From Octopus sinensis (lineage: Eukaryota), in the NCBI RefSeq assembly GCF_006345805.1, contig NC_043018.1:8928001-8992000 (forward strand): a stretch of DNA of 64,000 nt, in the 5' to 3' direction. Positions 60,986-64,000 of this stretch are shown here, piece by piece. The number at the start of each line of letters is the position of its first letter. Positions within the stretch are counted from its first letter, which is position 1. The translations under genes were made by a program, and so were the position numbers. The notes below the pieces were generated by a model, which was given only the letters and a program-made list of their open reading frames with translations, was not told the DNA's origin and ran no database searches.

Positions 60986-61630
60986 GAAATAATCTCTCGT
61001 AGGGCAGCGGACTCGCAGTCGTAGAATCGCGGTTTTGATTCACAGAACAGGTATTATGAGTGTTTATTTAGCGAAAACACCTAAAGCTCCACATGGCTCC
61101 GGCAGGGGGTGGTGGTGAACCCTGCTGTATTCTTTCACCACAACTTTCTCTCACTCTTCCTTCCTGTTTCTGTTGCACCTGTATTTCAAAGGGTCAGCCT
61201 TGTCACACATTTTGTCACGCTGAATCTCCCCAAGAACTACGTTAAGGGTACATGTGTCTGTGGAGTGCTCAGCCACTTGCACATTAATAAATGAGCTGCG
61301 ACGTCACTGGTGCCAAGCTGTATTGGCCCCTTTGCCTTACCCTTGGATAATAACATCTGTGATATGAAGAGGGGAGGCTGGTATGCATGGGCGACTGCTG
61401 GTCCTCCATAAACAACCTTGCGCAGACTTGTGCCTCGGAGGGTAACTTTCTAGGTGCAATCCCATGGTCATTCATGACCGAAGGGAGTCACAACATCTAG
61501 AATTACATTATTTAAGCATCCTTGCTATTTTTGAAGATGGTGAGTTGGCTGCTATTTCTAGCAGATTGTGCAATCATCTAGAGGACTCCTCTTGATTTTT
61601 TTTTTCATATGCTGAATTGTTGTTGTGCAG

Positions 61631-61877
61631 ACCTCAGATCAATCTTGACTGGACACAAATTACTGAGAAACTTCAGTTTCAGTTTTTCTGTGTTCTAACG
61701 CACACCTGCCAGCAAGTTGAATGCATCCGGGCACAGCTGAATAGCCCTGGTGCGATTTCAAAATCATTCAACTGTAAAGTGAGAATCTATGAGTGTGCAA
61801 TGAGGCACAAAGAAGCCAACGCCATTTTCAAACAGCGAGATCTCGCCTGCAACCATTATTTAAGGAAAAGACAATAA
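61631..61877 (+). CDS. Candidate coding exon B (terminal, or internal if donor GTGAGA at 61779 is used)
   Basis: Acceptor ttgttgttgtgcag|a (phase 2, joins exon A as AGA=Arg); open PQINLDWTQITEKLQFQFFCVLTHTCQQVECIRAQLNSPGAISKSFNCKVRIYECAMRHKEANAIFKQRDLACNHYLRKRQ*; AATAAA at 62079-62084. Confidence 0.55.
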
Positions 61878-62099
61878 CATTTTCCCTCTCATTCTTCTCA
61901 CACTGACGCCGAGCAAGACTTCAAAGCCAGGAGCTCACAGCGGACTTTTGTCCCGCTGTGATATCACATGCATTGTCTCCAGAGTTTACTGAACCTCACG
62001 TGTATGGGAGAGAAGGCTAACTACACACTGCTGTGAAGATGGTTACTGAAAGCAAACCCCTTGTACGAAGCACCTGTGAATAAACGGTTATTGAATTTA

Positions 62100-62309
62100 A
62101 GGCAGCGAGCTGGCAGAAACATTAGCATAGCGGCCGAAATGCATAGCCGTATTTCGTCTGCTGCTACGTTCTGAGTTCAAATTCTGCCGAGGTCGACTTA
62201 TCCTTTCGGGGTCGATTAAATAAGTACCAGTTACGCACTGGGGTCGATGTAATTGACTTAATCCGTTTGTCCTCTCTATGTTTAGCCCCTTGTGGGTAGT
62301 AAAGAAATA
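62100..62309 (+). mobile_element. SINE family A with 14-bp TSD
   Basis: TSD GGTTATTGAATTTA at 62086-62099 and 62310-62323. Confidence 0.92.
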
Positions 62310-62629
62310 GGTTATTGAATTTACTCCACCTGAGGACTTCATTCTTCGTATTTCTAGCTCCTTGAATCAACAGAATAATTTATATTGGAAGAAGATACCC
62401 CAGAAGTGTCATAAAAAAAACCTTCCTCCCATTATAAGTGTATCAAATTTCTTTTATATCTGCTTTTCTCCCTAGCAACTGCAATGTACCTGGCTTTTTA
62501 GCAGATGAAATCTGTGACAAGCATATTTCTGCCTACCTAAATTCTGCTCAAATGTTTTTGTGTTTCAACACAAATGTATGACGACAAATATATCAGAGAA
62601 TACACCTGATACGATATCTTTATCTTTTT

Positions 62630-62927
62630 ATCGTTTACTTGTTTCAGTCATTAGACTATGGCCATGCTGGGGCACCACTTTGAAGAACTTTTAGTTGAAT
62701 GAAGTGACCCCAGTGCCTATTTTGTTTTTCAAGCCTGGTTCTCATTCTATCTGTCTCTTTTGCTGAACTGCTAAGTTACAGCGATGTAAACATGCCAATG
62801 GCGGTTGTCAAGCAGTGGCAGAGGACAAACACAGGTACAAAAACACACTCACGCACACATATATACATGATGGGCTTCTTTCAGTTTCCATCTACCAAAT
62901 CCACTCACAAGGCTTTGGTCGGCCCGA
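62630..62927 (-). mobile_element. SINE family C fragment
   Basis: TTTCAGTCAT..GACT.TGGCCATGCTGG ... CACTCACAAGGCTTTGGTCGGCCCGAG. Confidence 0.8.
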
Positions 62928-63222
62928 GACACAGAGAGACCCTTTGTAAGAGTCACGACACAATGTGATGTATTAAGCAAATGGCACTTTAAGACTAACA
63001 TTTAAACTCATACTGGTATCATGTGTACGAGTTTGGTGAGTAGTACATGAGTTTGTATGTGGGAGTGGGGGGGGGTGTTTGAAAATGCACATTGTTATCA
63101 GAAAAGGAAGTAAGCAATCCGGGGATCAATTAGATGAAAGAAACTTTGCTACACTAAGTATAACAGGATCTTATGGGCTAAATATTCCACGAATTATATT
63201 GAAATAAATTCTGTGAATTAAG

Positions 63223-63261
<39 letters not shown>

Positions 63262-63432
63262 CCACACTCATGCATACTAATGTGTCTGTATATATTGTCA
63301 ATAATAAAAGGGTAAAATTAATTAATTATTAATTAATTTTACCAAGTAGTGCTCAGTATGTAAAAAGACGATTTATGGTATATTTAAAACATTACGTTAT
63401 ATAATTAGGGTTCAGTAAAAAATGTAATGTTT

Positions 63433-63466
<34 letters not shown>

Positions 63467-63883
63467 TATGCACATATGTCCCTACCTACATACAAACATG
63501 TGAGTTGTATGTTCATATTTATATATAAATATCTTGTAACCGTTGGGTAGGAAGTAGGATGGAGAACTGAGAGATTTGGTGTATTTAACACAGTTTCATG
63601 TAAGTACATGTATGTACTTACATGTACATACATGTAAGTGTGTTTGTATGTATGTGTGTGTGCGTGTCTGTTCCCTTTTGTTTTTCAATATTTGAGGTCT
63701 TCTTGTAAAGAAGGATCTGGTTTCTAACAAAGCTACAAAGCCCCCCCCCCCCTTGTTGAAATGTAGATAACAAAAGCAAATTCATATTTTAAACTTGAGA
63801 AAAGCTTTTCATACGTAACTTTACTGTTCTGCTCACAGATTGCATGGTAATGTGCAAGTTAGCTAGCAGATTACTTTGTCTTA

Positions 63884-64000
63884 TTTCTTTACTGCCCACA
63901 AGGGGCTAAACATAGAGGGGACAAACAAGGACAGACAAAGGGATTAAGTCGATTACATCGACCCCAGTGCGTAACTGGTACTTATTTAATCGACCCATAA
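63884..64000 (-). mobile_element. SINE family A 3' half, cut by the window end
   Basis: TATTTCTTTACTGCCCACAAGGGGCTAAAC...GTCGATTACATCGACCCCAGTGCG. Confidence 0.85.

Overview
AT-rich, repeat-dense eukaryotic DNA. The SINE/LINE/mariner landscape suggests an octopus or other coleoid cephalopod (inference). Main gene: a + strand docking/adaptor protein (PH domain + IRS-type PTB domain + long Tyr/Pro-rich disordered tail; DOK/IRS/FRS2 type). I assembled it by hand from 7 phase-compatible exons (991-1147, 3690-3869, 29050-29162, 29485-29688, 32343-32493, 36082-36160, 38389-39679), giving 724 codons plus stop; the start exon was not found. Its terminal exon lies in a ~4.58-kb near-identical tandem duplication (37163-46355) whose junction is a chimeric piggyBac-type MITE, and the second exon copy has a 1-bp frameshift. 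Two further phase-matched candidate exons (52191-52308, 61631-61877) encode a peptide I do not recognise. The rest is transposon-derived: RTE, CR1 and R4/Dong-like LINE fragments, at least four tRNA-headed SINE families, mariner/Tc1 relics, piggyBac/hAT/pogo-type MITEs, minisatellites, microsatellites and a ~330-bp foldback. No rRNA, true tRNA or CRISPR array is supported. Family names come from motif recognition only; no database search was run. Repeat boundaries are approximate unless a TSD or TIR is quoted.
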